Assembly (NCBI GenBank): GCA_031256725.1
Contig: JAIRQE010000026.1
Location: forward strand, 1 to 32,000
Length of the DNA stretch: 32,000 nt
Direction: 5' to 3'
Source: Propionibacteriaceae bacterium
GTDB taxonomy: Bacteria > Actinomycetota > Actinomycetes > Propionibacteriales > Propionibacteriaceae
In this document: positions 1-7,404 of the stretch, in pieces
How the letters are laid out: every line of letters begins with the position of its first letter
Position numbering within the stretch: the first letter of the stretch is position 1
Made by a program: the position numbers and the translations under genes
Notes under the pieces: generated by a model
Seen by the model: the letters and a program-made list of their open reading frames with translations, nothing else
Told to the model about the DNA's origin: nothing
Databases searched by the model: none

Positions 1-177
1 CGCCCCCTTAATATGAGTCTGGAAGTGCATCTGCCCATCCCGCTGACCAGGGGCCGGGTTCTCCACATCAATCCGCCACGTCCTACCATCAGACAATCGA
101 CCAGATTTCGCTGTATAACCATTCGGAAGTTTGATGCACACCTCACCATATCCATCAACAAGCAGGCCACGAGTCGC
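1..177 (-). CDS. Partial ORF of unknown function that runs off the left edge
   Basis: The minus-strand frame is open from 177 to 1 (..LLVDGYGEVCIKLPNGYTAKSGRLSDGRTWRIDVENPAPGQRDGQMHFQTHIKGA..). It follows the TAA-TGA double stop of the WD40 gene in the same frame. Only GTG/TTG starts are available. It is absent from the ORF track because it has no stop inside the window. Confidence 0.25.
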
Positions 178-180
178 TCA

Positions 181-1194
181 TTATACGATAATACGATGTA
201 CTGTAATCCCACTATCGTGACCGATTACAAGAACATCATCCACTGCTGCAAGACGTCCAACCCTTCCTTCTGTGGTAGATATCGTCCGTAGTTCTCGATT
301 ATGAATGACATTCCACAACTGAACCTCCCTCTGATCTGTAGCCATGGCAACAATCACCTCACCTCCTGAATGGACTACAGCCATATCGTTAATCAAAGCA
401 TCTCTACTGACCACTCCACGCGAAACAATGACACCAAGAGTAATATTAGAAACACAATATTTTCCATGCCAACCACTTGTCACCACATAATGATTTTTGT
501 TGCTTTCATATAAACACATCCTTCTCATGTGTCCAACTTTAACGAAACCACTTTGCACAATCTCATCGTCAACCCACCAACGCACGACACCATCCCCACC
601 ACCACTCACGATTATGGATGACTCATTCGATCGCGCCACTTCCACTTTCCTGACACCCCCCCGAACAACCCACGATCTCAGCACATCACCTGAGGTGACA
701 TCCCACACACGAACACTTCCATCACGCCCAGCAGAGACAACCTGACCCTCGCCTTCACGATACGCAACCGATCTCACCCAGTCTCCATGATTCCCAAAGA
801 CACGACGACACTGCCCTGTTACCACATCCCATAAGCGTACTGACCCATCATGTCCCCCCGAAACCACAACATGCTTACCCCCAAGCTGCCCATGTGCAAG
901 CGACGAGGACCACGCGGACCTGAGAATCCACCCCGGAATATGTGACCCATCATCCCGAAAGACGCCTACTGCGGTATCATATTCTGGGTCGCCCACGAAC
1001 ACCGACACATACTCACCAGACCATGCACATCTGAGTTGAACCTCATTCTCATATGAAATAGCAACCACGGGCTTACCGTTCATTTGCCACACGCAGAGAG
1101 TCTCAGGACCCATGCGCCCAACGCGAGGCACACGAATTGTGTACCCATCTGTGCTATTCCTGGAAGACATCTCTTTAAAATCATCCATACCCAA
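181..1194 (-). CDS. WD40 / beta-propeller repeat protein; by position a candidate immunity protein for the toxin-like fragment directly upstream
   Basis: 337-aa ORF with visible WD-type repeat units: GGHDGSVRLWDVVTGQ, SAGRDGSVRVWDVTSGD, SGGGDGVVRWW. The start is TTG at 1194 or ATG at 1188, 10-16 nt after the stop (1205-1207) of the toxin-like fragment. Confidence 0.75.
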   Translation of the reverse strand: MGMDDFKEMSSRNSTDGYTIRVPRVGRMGPETLCVWQMNGKPVVAISYENEVQLRCAWSGEYVSVFVGDPEYDTAVGVFRDDGSHIPGWILRSAWSSSLAHGQLGGKHVVVSGGHDGSVRLWDVVTGQCRRVFGNHGDWVRSVAYREGEGQVVSAGRDGSVRVWDVTSGDVLRSWVVRGGVRKVEVARSNESSIIVSGGGDGVVRWWVDDEIVQSGFVKVGHMRRMCLYESNKNHYVVTSGWHGKYCVSNITLGVIVSRGVVSRDALINDMAVVHSGGEVIVAMATDQREVQLWNVIHNRELRTISTTEGRVGRLAAVDDVLVIGHDSGITVHRIIV

Positions 1195-1204
1195 AGCCTA
1201 ATAC

Positions 1205-1510
1205 CTATCTCCAAAACACTGTCACTACCCAACCATTCTCATTGAGAACAACACCCATTCTCTCGTCCGTAAATAGCCATGTTCTATTCCCTTCTTGCCA
1301 CTGGGGATTTGATGAAGGACTATCAACGAGGGCCTCAGCTTCTCCCCTACTTATCAATCGATTGGATGCTTGATCCTCCGCATGGGGCGTCCAGCCATTA
1401 ACATGGCTCGGCCAGGGCTGATCGTCGTCGTCTGGGTCGGAGAAGTCGGTGGGTGGTCGTTTGATTCCTCCGGAGTTTCCTCCGCCAGCGGTGTCGAATG
1501 CTCGTGATGC
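1205..1510 (-). pseudogene. Orphan polymorphic-toxin C-terminal module without a start codon: Gly-rich/Pro-Pro linker plus a ~65-aa putative toxin domain
   Basis: Hand translation of the minus-strand frame between stops gives ASRAFDTAGGGNSGGIKRPPTDFSDPDDDDQPWPSHVNGWTPHAEDQASNRLISRGEAEALVDSPSSNPQWQEGNRTWLFTDERMGVVLNENGWVVTVFWR*. There is no ATG/GTG near the 5' end, so it is missing from the ORF track. The GGG..PP linker resembles those at 2030-2090 and 3290-3330. The tail (..GVVLNENGWVVTVFWR) is reminiscent of small RNase-type (DUF4258/RelE-like) toxin ends, but this is unverified. Confidence 0.45.
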
Positions 1511-1721
1511 TCAAACTGTGGTGGAACTAAGAATGTTCCCGGTTGTGGATACACCCTCACGTGACCCAGGAAAAACAACACAAAACACCTACAGATCCAC
1601 CAGTCGTACTGCACAACAACGATATGAAGATTTCAGTCACCATGTGAAAGATATCCATTGCGGGAGTGCGGATCATCTCACGAATCAGAATCCTGTACCA
1701 CCCTCGAGTGGGGTCACGTGT

Positions 1722-2417
1722 GTGGGGTGTGAAGGTGGGTTCATTCCTTGGGATACGGCTGCTGTTCCGGCGGACTTTGATGAGTTCTGGAAGTTTATTA
1801 AATGGTGGAGGGACTTGTATCGTTCTATTCCTCCTGGCCCTTGGAAAAAGTATGCTAGTATCGCATTTTATGGGGTGTTGGTAGTTTCCGTCATAGCGTA
1901 TTTAATAGCTAATTTGGAGGCTCTTGATGACGTCCTTGAGGAACTCGAAGACATCATCAATGAAGAAAAGGAGATGACCGAAAAAGAGTTCAATGATCTC
2001 CTTGAACAACTCAAAAATCATCCCGGCCAAAAAGGCGGAAACGGATCCGGTGGAGGCGGAAACAAACCACCAGCCCCACCTATAGGAGTACCCGACCCAG
2101 AAAATGACGACAAAGAGTGGCCAAAACAGGAAAACGGAAACTGTGAAGACGTGGCTAAAGAGATTTACAAGCGTCTTAATGAGAAGAACCAACTCAACGA
2201 TACGGGTGCCGAATTAGAAATTAAAGAGATTACATCCAAATTGCGAGTCTTGGGTCCATCTAAACATAATCCTGATGGTGATTGGTGGAATCATTATGTA
2301 GTAGTCGATAAGACCAATAGGCGAGTTTATGATGGAACTACTGGTCCGAATGGTGTTTCCTATGAGGAGTATAAGTCATGGTTTGAATATGACGATTTCA
2401 TAAATTGGGGGTTTTAA
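1722..2417 (+). CDS. Putative polymorphic toxin: TM anchor, acidic coiled coil, Gly/Pro linker and a C-terminal Cys-His-Asp (papain-fold-like) domain
   Basis: The track ORF is 1449..2417. Its first ~90 codons overlap the opposite-strand fragment and look non-coding. GTG at 1722 is the first plausible start, but this is uncertain. Visible elements are a TM helix (YASIAFYGVLVVSVIAYLIANL), a coiled coil (LEALDDVLEELEDIINEEKEMTEKEFNDLLEQL) and a linker (GGNGSGGGGNKPPAPP). The C-terminal domain has ordered Cys (GNCEDVA), His (WWNHYVVV) and Asp (RVYDG). Confidence 0.55.
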   Translation: MGCEGGFIPWDTAAVPADFDEFWKFIKWWRDLYRSIPPGPWKKYASIAFYGVLVVSVIAYLIANLEALDDVLEELEDIINEEKEMTEKEFNDLLEQLKNHPGQKGGNGSGGGGNKPPAPPIGVPDPENDDKEWPKQENGNCEDVAKEIYKRLNEKNQLNDTGAELEIKEITSKLRVLGPSKHNPDGDWWNHYVVVDKTNRRVYDGTTGPNGVSYEEYKSWFEYDDFINWGF

Positions 2418-2431
2418 GGAAAGGGGTGTAA

Positions 2432-3127
2432 ATGAAGACTGATCATGAGAAGGAAGTGTTTGATCTCGTAAGACTTATTTTTCGTGGAATTCGAACAGCA
2501 GTGATGAGGGAGGAGTTTTTTGCTGTGGTCGATTTTCTTCATGGTATAGATTCATGTTGCGGCTACCTTGACCTGAATGAAGGGTTCAATAATTGGCTCG
2601 TACCTAAACTCGGACTTAAGTCATGTTATAGGGAATGGCCGTGGCTGGTTTTGGATCTCTTTCACGTATCTGACGAGGAGGATAAAAGAGTTATTCCTGG
2701 TCAGGAGCGAGAACTCATTGCTGGGTTAGGAGCGTTGCTCTGTGAGTATATAGACGAAAAAAAGGCTGGAGATATTGATAGGCACTCTAGGAATCAGGTG
2801 TTCTCTATGGTTGAAACCATTTTTGAAACGCCTAGTGTTTTCGTCATGCGGGAAGAGTTCTTTGCGGTTGTTGACTATATCAATGGTATTGATTCGTGCT
2901 GTGAATACCTTGAGTTGAATCGTGGCTTCCATGATTGGCTTCTACCTAAACTTGGACTTCGATCCTGTAGCTATGCATGGCCGTGGTTGGTTCTCAAATT
3001 ACTTCCTGGATATGAAGCAGATCACATGGCGAGAGTCTTCCCGAGTCGTGAACGTGAACTCATTGATGGGCTTGGAAAACTCATGTGCGAATACCTGAAT
3101 GAGAAGCAATCTAATGCATTCCGATAA
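2432..3127 (+). CDS. Putative cognate immunity protein built from two tandem copies of one ~103-aa domain
   Basis: The ATG lies 14 nt after the toxin stop, preceded by AAGGAAAGGGG. Copy 1 is aa 9-111 (nt 2456-2764) and copy 2 is aa 123-226 (nt 2798-3109). They share VMREEFFAVVD, NGIDSCC.YL.LN.GF..WL.PKLGL.SC, WPWLVL, RELI.GLG.L.CEY..EK. They are roughly 60% identical by eye. Confidence 0.7.
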   Translation: MKTDHEKEVFDLVRLIFRGIRTAVMREEFFAVVDFLHGIDSCCGYLDLNEGFNNWLVPKLGLKSCYREWPWLVLDLFHVSDEEDKRVIPGQERELIAGLGALLCEYIDEKKAGDIDRHSRNQVFSMVETIFETPSVFVMREEFFAVVDYINGIDSCCEYLELNRGFHDWLLPKLGLRSCSYAWPWLVLKLLPGYEADHMARVFPSRERELIDGLGKLMCEYLNEKQSNAFR

Positions 3128-3192
3128 GTAATGATGCCTTGAATCGTCCGACAATAATCCTTATCAGATATATTATTTATTTTGCTATTTAG

Positions 3193-3342
3193 CCGACAAA
3201 ACTCATTGGCGAATTGAGAGAAGAGCTTGGGTTAACCGATGAAGAAATCGAAGAGTTCCTTGAATCCTTATTCGGGTTAGACTCGACAGGCGGTGGTGAC
3301 AATGATCCACCAAACAACGATCCACCTACAGGACTACGATGA
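3193..3342 (+). pseudogene. Remnant of another toxin gene of the same family: only the coiled-coil end and the Gly/Pro linker remain
   Basis: The frame between stops reads PTKLIGELREELGLTDEEIEEFLESLFGLDSTGGGDNDPPNNDPPTGLR*. LTDEEIEEFLESL parallels MTEKEFNDLLEQL of the 1722-2417 protein, and TGGGDNDPP parallels its GGGGNKPP linker. There is no start codon and no toxin domain. Confidence 0.45.
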
Positions 3343-3375
3343 TTAAAGAAACTTTAGAAACTGGGTCGTCGGGTT

Positions 3376-3522
3376 GTGATGGAAGACCACACAGGGGAAT
3401 CAACCTATGAATATGATGAATTAGGAAGACTGACACGTGTCACCCAGGCAAGTGGACGAGCTGTCACATACACCTACACCTGTGATGGATATATTAATGA
3501 GATTGGGTATCCCGATGGTTCT
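3376..3522 (+). pseudogene. RHS/YD-repeat fragment (relic)
   Basis: The first 49 codons of track ORF 3376..3750 read ESTYEYDELGRLTRVTQASGRAVTYTYTCDGYINEIGYPDGS. This matches the YD-repeat pattern YxYDxxGRL..(x)..YxY. Similarity ends after that point, and the ORF then runs into the XRE gene in another frame. Confidence 0.55.
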
Positions 3523-3674
3523 CATGGCGTGATGACGAGGTTTTCTCAACACCTGGTGGAGTGTTCTGGTATGGGTTCGCTCATAGTGTGGCACAACAGG
3601 CAACATGAAACCAATATGACGCACAGGGGCGCCAATGTGCGCCTCGGAGGCTACTTTGACACTTCACTCAAAAA

Positions 3675-3688
3675 GTGTAAAATTACAC
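3675..3688. promoter_or_regulatory. Perfect 6-2-6 inverted repeat GTGTAA-aa-TTACAC; candidate operator upstream of the XRE gene
   Basis: The repeat was read directly from the sequence. It lies 20-33 nt upstream of the ATG at 3708, just before the GGGAAGGGG Shine-Dalgarno sequence. Confidence 0.3.
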
Positions 3689-3707
3689 TATCTGGGAAGG
3701 GGTACAC

Positions 3708-4160
3708 ATGCCAGACAAGAGGGCAGAGTTCATCGCAACATGTGATGTGAAGCTACGCCTTGTCCGCGTGGAGGCCGATCTGACTCAAGAAGAGATGGCA
3801 TACGCTCTGGGGATTTCAAAGAAGACTCTCGTCGATATTGAAAAGGGTCGCAGGACCCTTGGATGGACTGGATCAGTGGCTCTGTGCGCAGTGTTCCCCA
3901 GTTCGGAGGTCATAGCATCCGCCTTTGGTGGGCATCCAAGCGAGATGATCCCGGCTTTAGCACGTACCGATCAAATTCCTCAGCGGGAATCTGGGGGAAA
4001 TCCCTGGTGGGAAACCATCGCTGACAACGGACAATTCATTATCGAGCAGAACCTTATCTCCCAGCATTATCGATTGCTCACCCATGACCGGACCAAGGTT
4101 GCGGCCTCCTTCGATATTGATGATCTTGTACCCCTCTTCCATGGGCAACCAAAGGAGTAG
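3708..4160 (+). CDS. XRE-family helix-turn-helix transcriptional regulator with an uncharacterised C-terminal domain
   Basis: The HTH signature LTQEEMAYALGISKKTLVDIEKGRR is visible. The stop lies 2 nt before the next gene, and AAGGAG inside its 3' end serves the downstream ATG. Confidence 0.8.
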   Translation: MPDKRAEFIATCDVKLRLVRVEADLTQEEMAYALGISKKTLVDIEKGRRTLGWTGSVALCAVFPSSEVIASAFGGHPSEMIPALARTDQIPQRESGGNPWWETIADNGQFIIEQNLISQHYRLLTHDRTKVAASFDIDDLVPLFHGQPKE

Positions 4161-4162
4161 TA

Positions 4163-6718
4163 ATGGAATACCTCATCCCCATTGTGAGCATAATTCTTGT
4201 GATCGTTGTACTAGTACAGTTAAGTGGGCTGCGCAACGAGGTACAACAGTTGCACCGTGAGTTGCGCCGTATGGATACCCGTCTTCACGGGCATCAACCC
4301 ACACCTGTACCATATCCTGCACCGCAGCAGCTGGTACCATATCCGATGCCAATGGTGCAGCCCCCGGCCTCCCAACCTCCGGCACCTCCAGTACCACAGA
4401 CACCAGTACCACAGTCCCCAGTATCGCAGATACCAGTTTCGGTGCAGACTCCTGTACCCCCAGCCGCTCAGACGGTACAGGATCAGGAGCGGAAGGTTCT
4501 TCCTGCCTATGTAGCGCCAGATCCCCAGGTCGGGGCCCCTGTTCAGCGTTCTCAAACCATGACTCTCCCCCCAATGCCAACGCCGTCACCTCGTCAAGGT
4601 TTCGTGATGAACGAGAACTTTATGGGCCGCAATATCTTGCCTCTGGTTGCCTCGGTACTGGGTCTCATCGGTCTGATCTTTCTGGGGATTCTCGTCGTCC
4701 CGTACATGTCAGATTTAGTACGGATTGCGCTGATGTTTGTGATCAGTGGGGCGATTGGTGAACTGGGATACTTCCTCAACAAGAAGAGTTCATCTGTACT
4801 CACCAGGGCACTTATTGGTACAGGTGTGGGTGGGGTCTTCATTTCCATCCTCGTCACCCATCTCTATTTCCATGCGATCAACGACATCACTGCCTTTGCT
4901 CTACTCGCAGTGTGGATCATCGCAAGTATGTGGCTCGCCAAGCATACGAATTCCCTTCTCATCTCGATCTTGGCTCATGCGGGAATGATGGGATCAATCG
5001 CTTTGGCGTACATCGGGCAGGTCAGTGATGACCAACTCATATTGGTTGTTGTCTATCAAATCATCGCCACTCTCGCGATAATTCTTGGCAATATCTTCTG
5101 GGTGAAGAAGACCTACCGTTTCGGGCTATTCGCATCCCAAGGAATGATCCTGATTTCTCTGATCACGATGTCTATCCGGTTGATGCCTGGAACTGAGATT
5201 CAGTCGATGTTCCCTGAGGGACTCATTGTGACCACCTTCTTTATCCAGTTCCTCGGAGGTACAGCCCTGGCGTACTTCATCTTCGTTTCCTGTGCTCGTG
5301 TGAAGGATGAAACTCTGACCGTGGTTCTGACAAGCGCGAATATCCTCATGTGGGCTGGAATCCTTGTTGCGGGAGTCATCAGGGTCATCAACTCGTTGGC
5401 GATTGCTCACATGGATGCGGATATCTGGAGCAACTCTGGTGAGCTTCCGTTAGCCTACATTGTGGGGTTGGCGATAGTTGTTGGAGTCACGTTTGTTGTG
5501 TCCATGATGGGATCGAAGCTCTCGATGAGGAAGTCCTTTGACTATTCCGCCATCGCCTCCTTGGCGATCCTCATGGGGGTCCTCATGGCGACACGTTATA
5601 CCCAATTCAGTATATGGAATGGGGCTCAGTACTCTCCAGAGATCCTGTGGTTCATCATCCCAGCTGGAGTTTTTATCCTTCTCGCGCGCGGATTCAAGTC
5701 TGAGGGATATACCTGGGCTGGTCGGGTCTTCTTGGCGATAGACACAGTCTTCATGGTACTAAGAGGCTATGGGAAGTTGAGTGAGTCGTGGACGCTCTGG
5801 GCCTCTGTGGGCTATCTGATCCTATCTGTGGGCTTGAGCTATCTGTCCACGAAGCAGGTCAGTGATGCGGCTGCCCACAAACACAGATCTGACTTCATTG
5901 TGATGCGTTTCCTGGGTGCCACAGTCTCACTGATGTCTATTACGATCACAGCAGACATTGGTTATGGCGGTGGACTGTTCATGATCGTCGTCGCAGCCAT
6001 GCTCGCTGCCCTGCACTTCTTTGGCAAGCCCGGACACCAACTCTTCTACCGCATCAGCGAATTGACCCTAGCCATCTTGACAGCCTTTGGCCTCTACCAG
6101 GTTGGGAGCAACCTTAGCCTACGGAAGGTGTGCCCAGAATGTGATCTAACCTCCAGCAACATCGATATCATTCTTCTCAGTGCTGCGGCCATCATCCTTA
6201 TCGCCATCTTCCTAGACAGGGCACGCCTAGCTGCTCGGAAGACCTCAGCCGCCCTGCGTACCCATAAGGAAGTTGATACAAATGTTGAACTGTTGTCGGG
6301 GATTGGCTTCAATTTTGCAGCTGTCGGGATCTGCCTGCCCTGGTTCCTTCCCGCAGTGAGCTCATACTGGGGATTCCCCGTCTCGTTGACCTGCATGGTG
6401 GTATCCCTGATCATCGTGGGGCTAGGCCTGTGGTCTCGGGTCAAGACTTTGAGGTTGTACGGCCTGGTCGTTGTCATCATCTGCGTACTGAAGATGGTCA
6501 CCCTCGACATTGGTTCTGTCACCTCGATCATGCGCGTGATTGCCCTCCTTGGAGGTGCTGCCATCTGCTTCGGGATCTCCGCCCTCTACAACTACACTGC
6601 CAAGTACTTTGACAAAGAGTTGGCCCAAGAGATTCCAGATGATACTCCTGTTCCGGTACAGGTGGGAGTCAGCGATTCACCAAGCCCACTTTCCCCAAGC
6701 CAGGGAGGTAGAACCTGA
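4163..6718 (+). CDS. Large polytopic membrane protein, DUF2339-like
   Basis: 851 aa. It begins with an N-terminal TM helix, then a short coiled coil (LRNEVQQLHRELRRMDTRL) and a Pro-rich spacer (PVPQ-type repeats). More than 15 hydrophobic helices follow. This architecture is typical of DUF2339. Assignment is by recollection only. Confidence 0.6.
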   Translation: MEYLIPIVSIILVIVVLVQLSGLRNEVQQLHRELRRMDTRLHGHQPTPVPYPAPQQLVPYPMPMVQPPASQPPAPPVPQTPVPQSPVSQIPVSVQTPVPPAAQTVQDQERKVLPAYVAPDPQVGAPVQRSQTMTLPPMPTPSPRQGFVMNENFMGRNILPLVASVLGLIGLIFLGILVVPYMSDLVRIALMFVISGAIGELGYFLNKKSSSVLTRALIGTGVGGVFISILVTHLYFHAINDITAFALLAVWIIASMWLAKHTNSLLISILAHAGMMGSIALAYIGQVSDDQLILVVVYQIIATLAIILGNIFWVKKTYRFGLFASQGMILISLITMSIRLMPGTEIQSMFPEGLIVTTFFIQFLGGTALAYFIFVSCARVKDETLTVVLTSANILMWAGILVAGVIRVINSLAIAHMDADIWSNSGELPLAYIVGLAIVVGVTFVVSMMGSKLSMRKSFDYSAIASLAILMGVLMATRYTQFSIWNGAQYSPEILWFIIPAGVFILLARGFKSEGYTWAGRVFLAIDTVFMVLRGYGKLSESWTLWASVGYLILSVGLSYLSTKQVSDAAAHKHRSDFIVMRFLGATVSLMSITITADIGYGGGLFMIVVAAMLAALHFFGKPGHQLFYRISELTLAILTAFGLYQVGSNLSLRKVCPECDLTSSNIDIILLSAAAIILIAIFLDRARLAARKTSAALRTHKEVDTNVELLSGIGFNFAAVGICLPWFLPAVSSYWGFPVSLTCMVVSLIIVGLGLWSRVKTLRLYGLVVVIICVLKMVTLDIGSVTSIMRVIALLGGAAICFGISALYNYTAKYFDKELAQEIPDDTPVPVQVGVSDSPSPLSPSQGGRT

Positions 6719-6801
6719 TCCTGGTTCGCAAGTACCTCCGGATCTTCATCGATAACGGTGGCCCACAATGAATCCAGATTCTACTTTGAATGGAGGAGAT
6801 T

Positions 6802-7395
6802 ATGTTTGACGAGAGTAATGTGCGTACGACCAATCTTGGTGGTCTTGCTGTTTTGAGTGGGGTACAAATCCTTGTCCTCATTGTTGTGCTTGGAGTAAAG
6901 AAATGGTTCCTGCCCTTTTCTCCGTACCAATTCCTGGGGGTCTATCCTGGGCTGGGGTCCTCGGGTCTGGAGATTCCTCTCATAGGCTTGGTACTAGCCA
7001 CATGTACGGCGACGGTTCTTGCCTGGTTGATCCATCTTTCAAGCGCGTCAGTCCATATCGCGTGGATACGAACAGTCTTGGGTATCATCAATGTGGCTGT
7101 GTGGTTGTGGGTTGTCTATGTGGCAGGGCTTTATCTATCCGGGACGCTCTTTGCCATAGCGTGTACTCTGGTTGACTCTGTTCGTTTGAGGTATGCCATC
7201 AGTCCTGAGACCTATCTGGTGGTGATTCATTCTTGCGGGGTTATGTCGATCCTCTGTGCAGCGCTTGCGGTCGGTATCAAGGGTCGTGGCAACAGGATTC
7301 CCAAGGATCTCACAACGGGAACACTCATTACTTTGGCTGTTGGAGTTTTAGCCCTCGTACTGTGGCCGATTCTTGTTGGAATGATCTACGGCTAA
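6802..7395 (+). CDS. Integral membrane protein, unknown function
   Basis: The ORF has about 6 hydrophobic helices. GGAGGAG lies 3-5 nt before the ATG at 6802. The track start at 6790 is the alternative. Confidence 0.6.
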   Translation: MFDESNVRTTNLGGLAVLSGVQILVLIVVLGVKKWFLPFSPYQFLGVYPGLGSSGLEIPLIGLVLATCTATVLAWLIHLSSASVHIAWIRTVLGIINVAVWLWVVYVAGLYLSGTLFAIACTLVDSVRLRYAISPETYLVVIHSCGVMSILCAALAVGIKGRGNRIPKDLTTGTLITLAVGVLALVLWPILVGMIYG

Positions 7396-7404
7396 TCAAG
7401 GTTT

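Noticed and set aside
13-745. Plus-strand ORFs 13..291 and 497..745
   Set aside because: They are antisense shadows of the WD40 gene and of the partial minus-strand ORF. Their translations are low-complexity and carry no recognisable motifs.
1354-1614. Minus-strand ORF 1354..1614 (86 aa)
   Set aside because: It is off-frame relative to the toxin-like reading frame that carries the Gly/Pro linker and the conserved-looking tail. It shows no motifs and is probably a shadow.
1449-1721. N-terminal 90 codons of track ORF 1449..2417
   Set aside because: This region overlaps the opposite-strand toxin relic (1205-1510). The translation (MGGRLIPPEFPPPAVSNARD..) looks non-coding. The recognisable protein begins only around the TM helix, so GTG at 1722 was used as a provisional start.
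4173-4589. Cluster of antisense and off-frame ORFs (4173..4589 -, 4220..4555 -, 4224..4514 +) over the start of the DUF2339-like gene
   Set aside because: They lie entirely within the proline-rich, compositionally biased part of a long convincing ORF. They have low-complexity translations and no ribosome-binding sites, so they are shadow ORFs.
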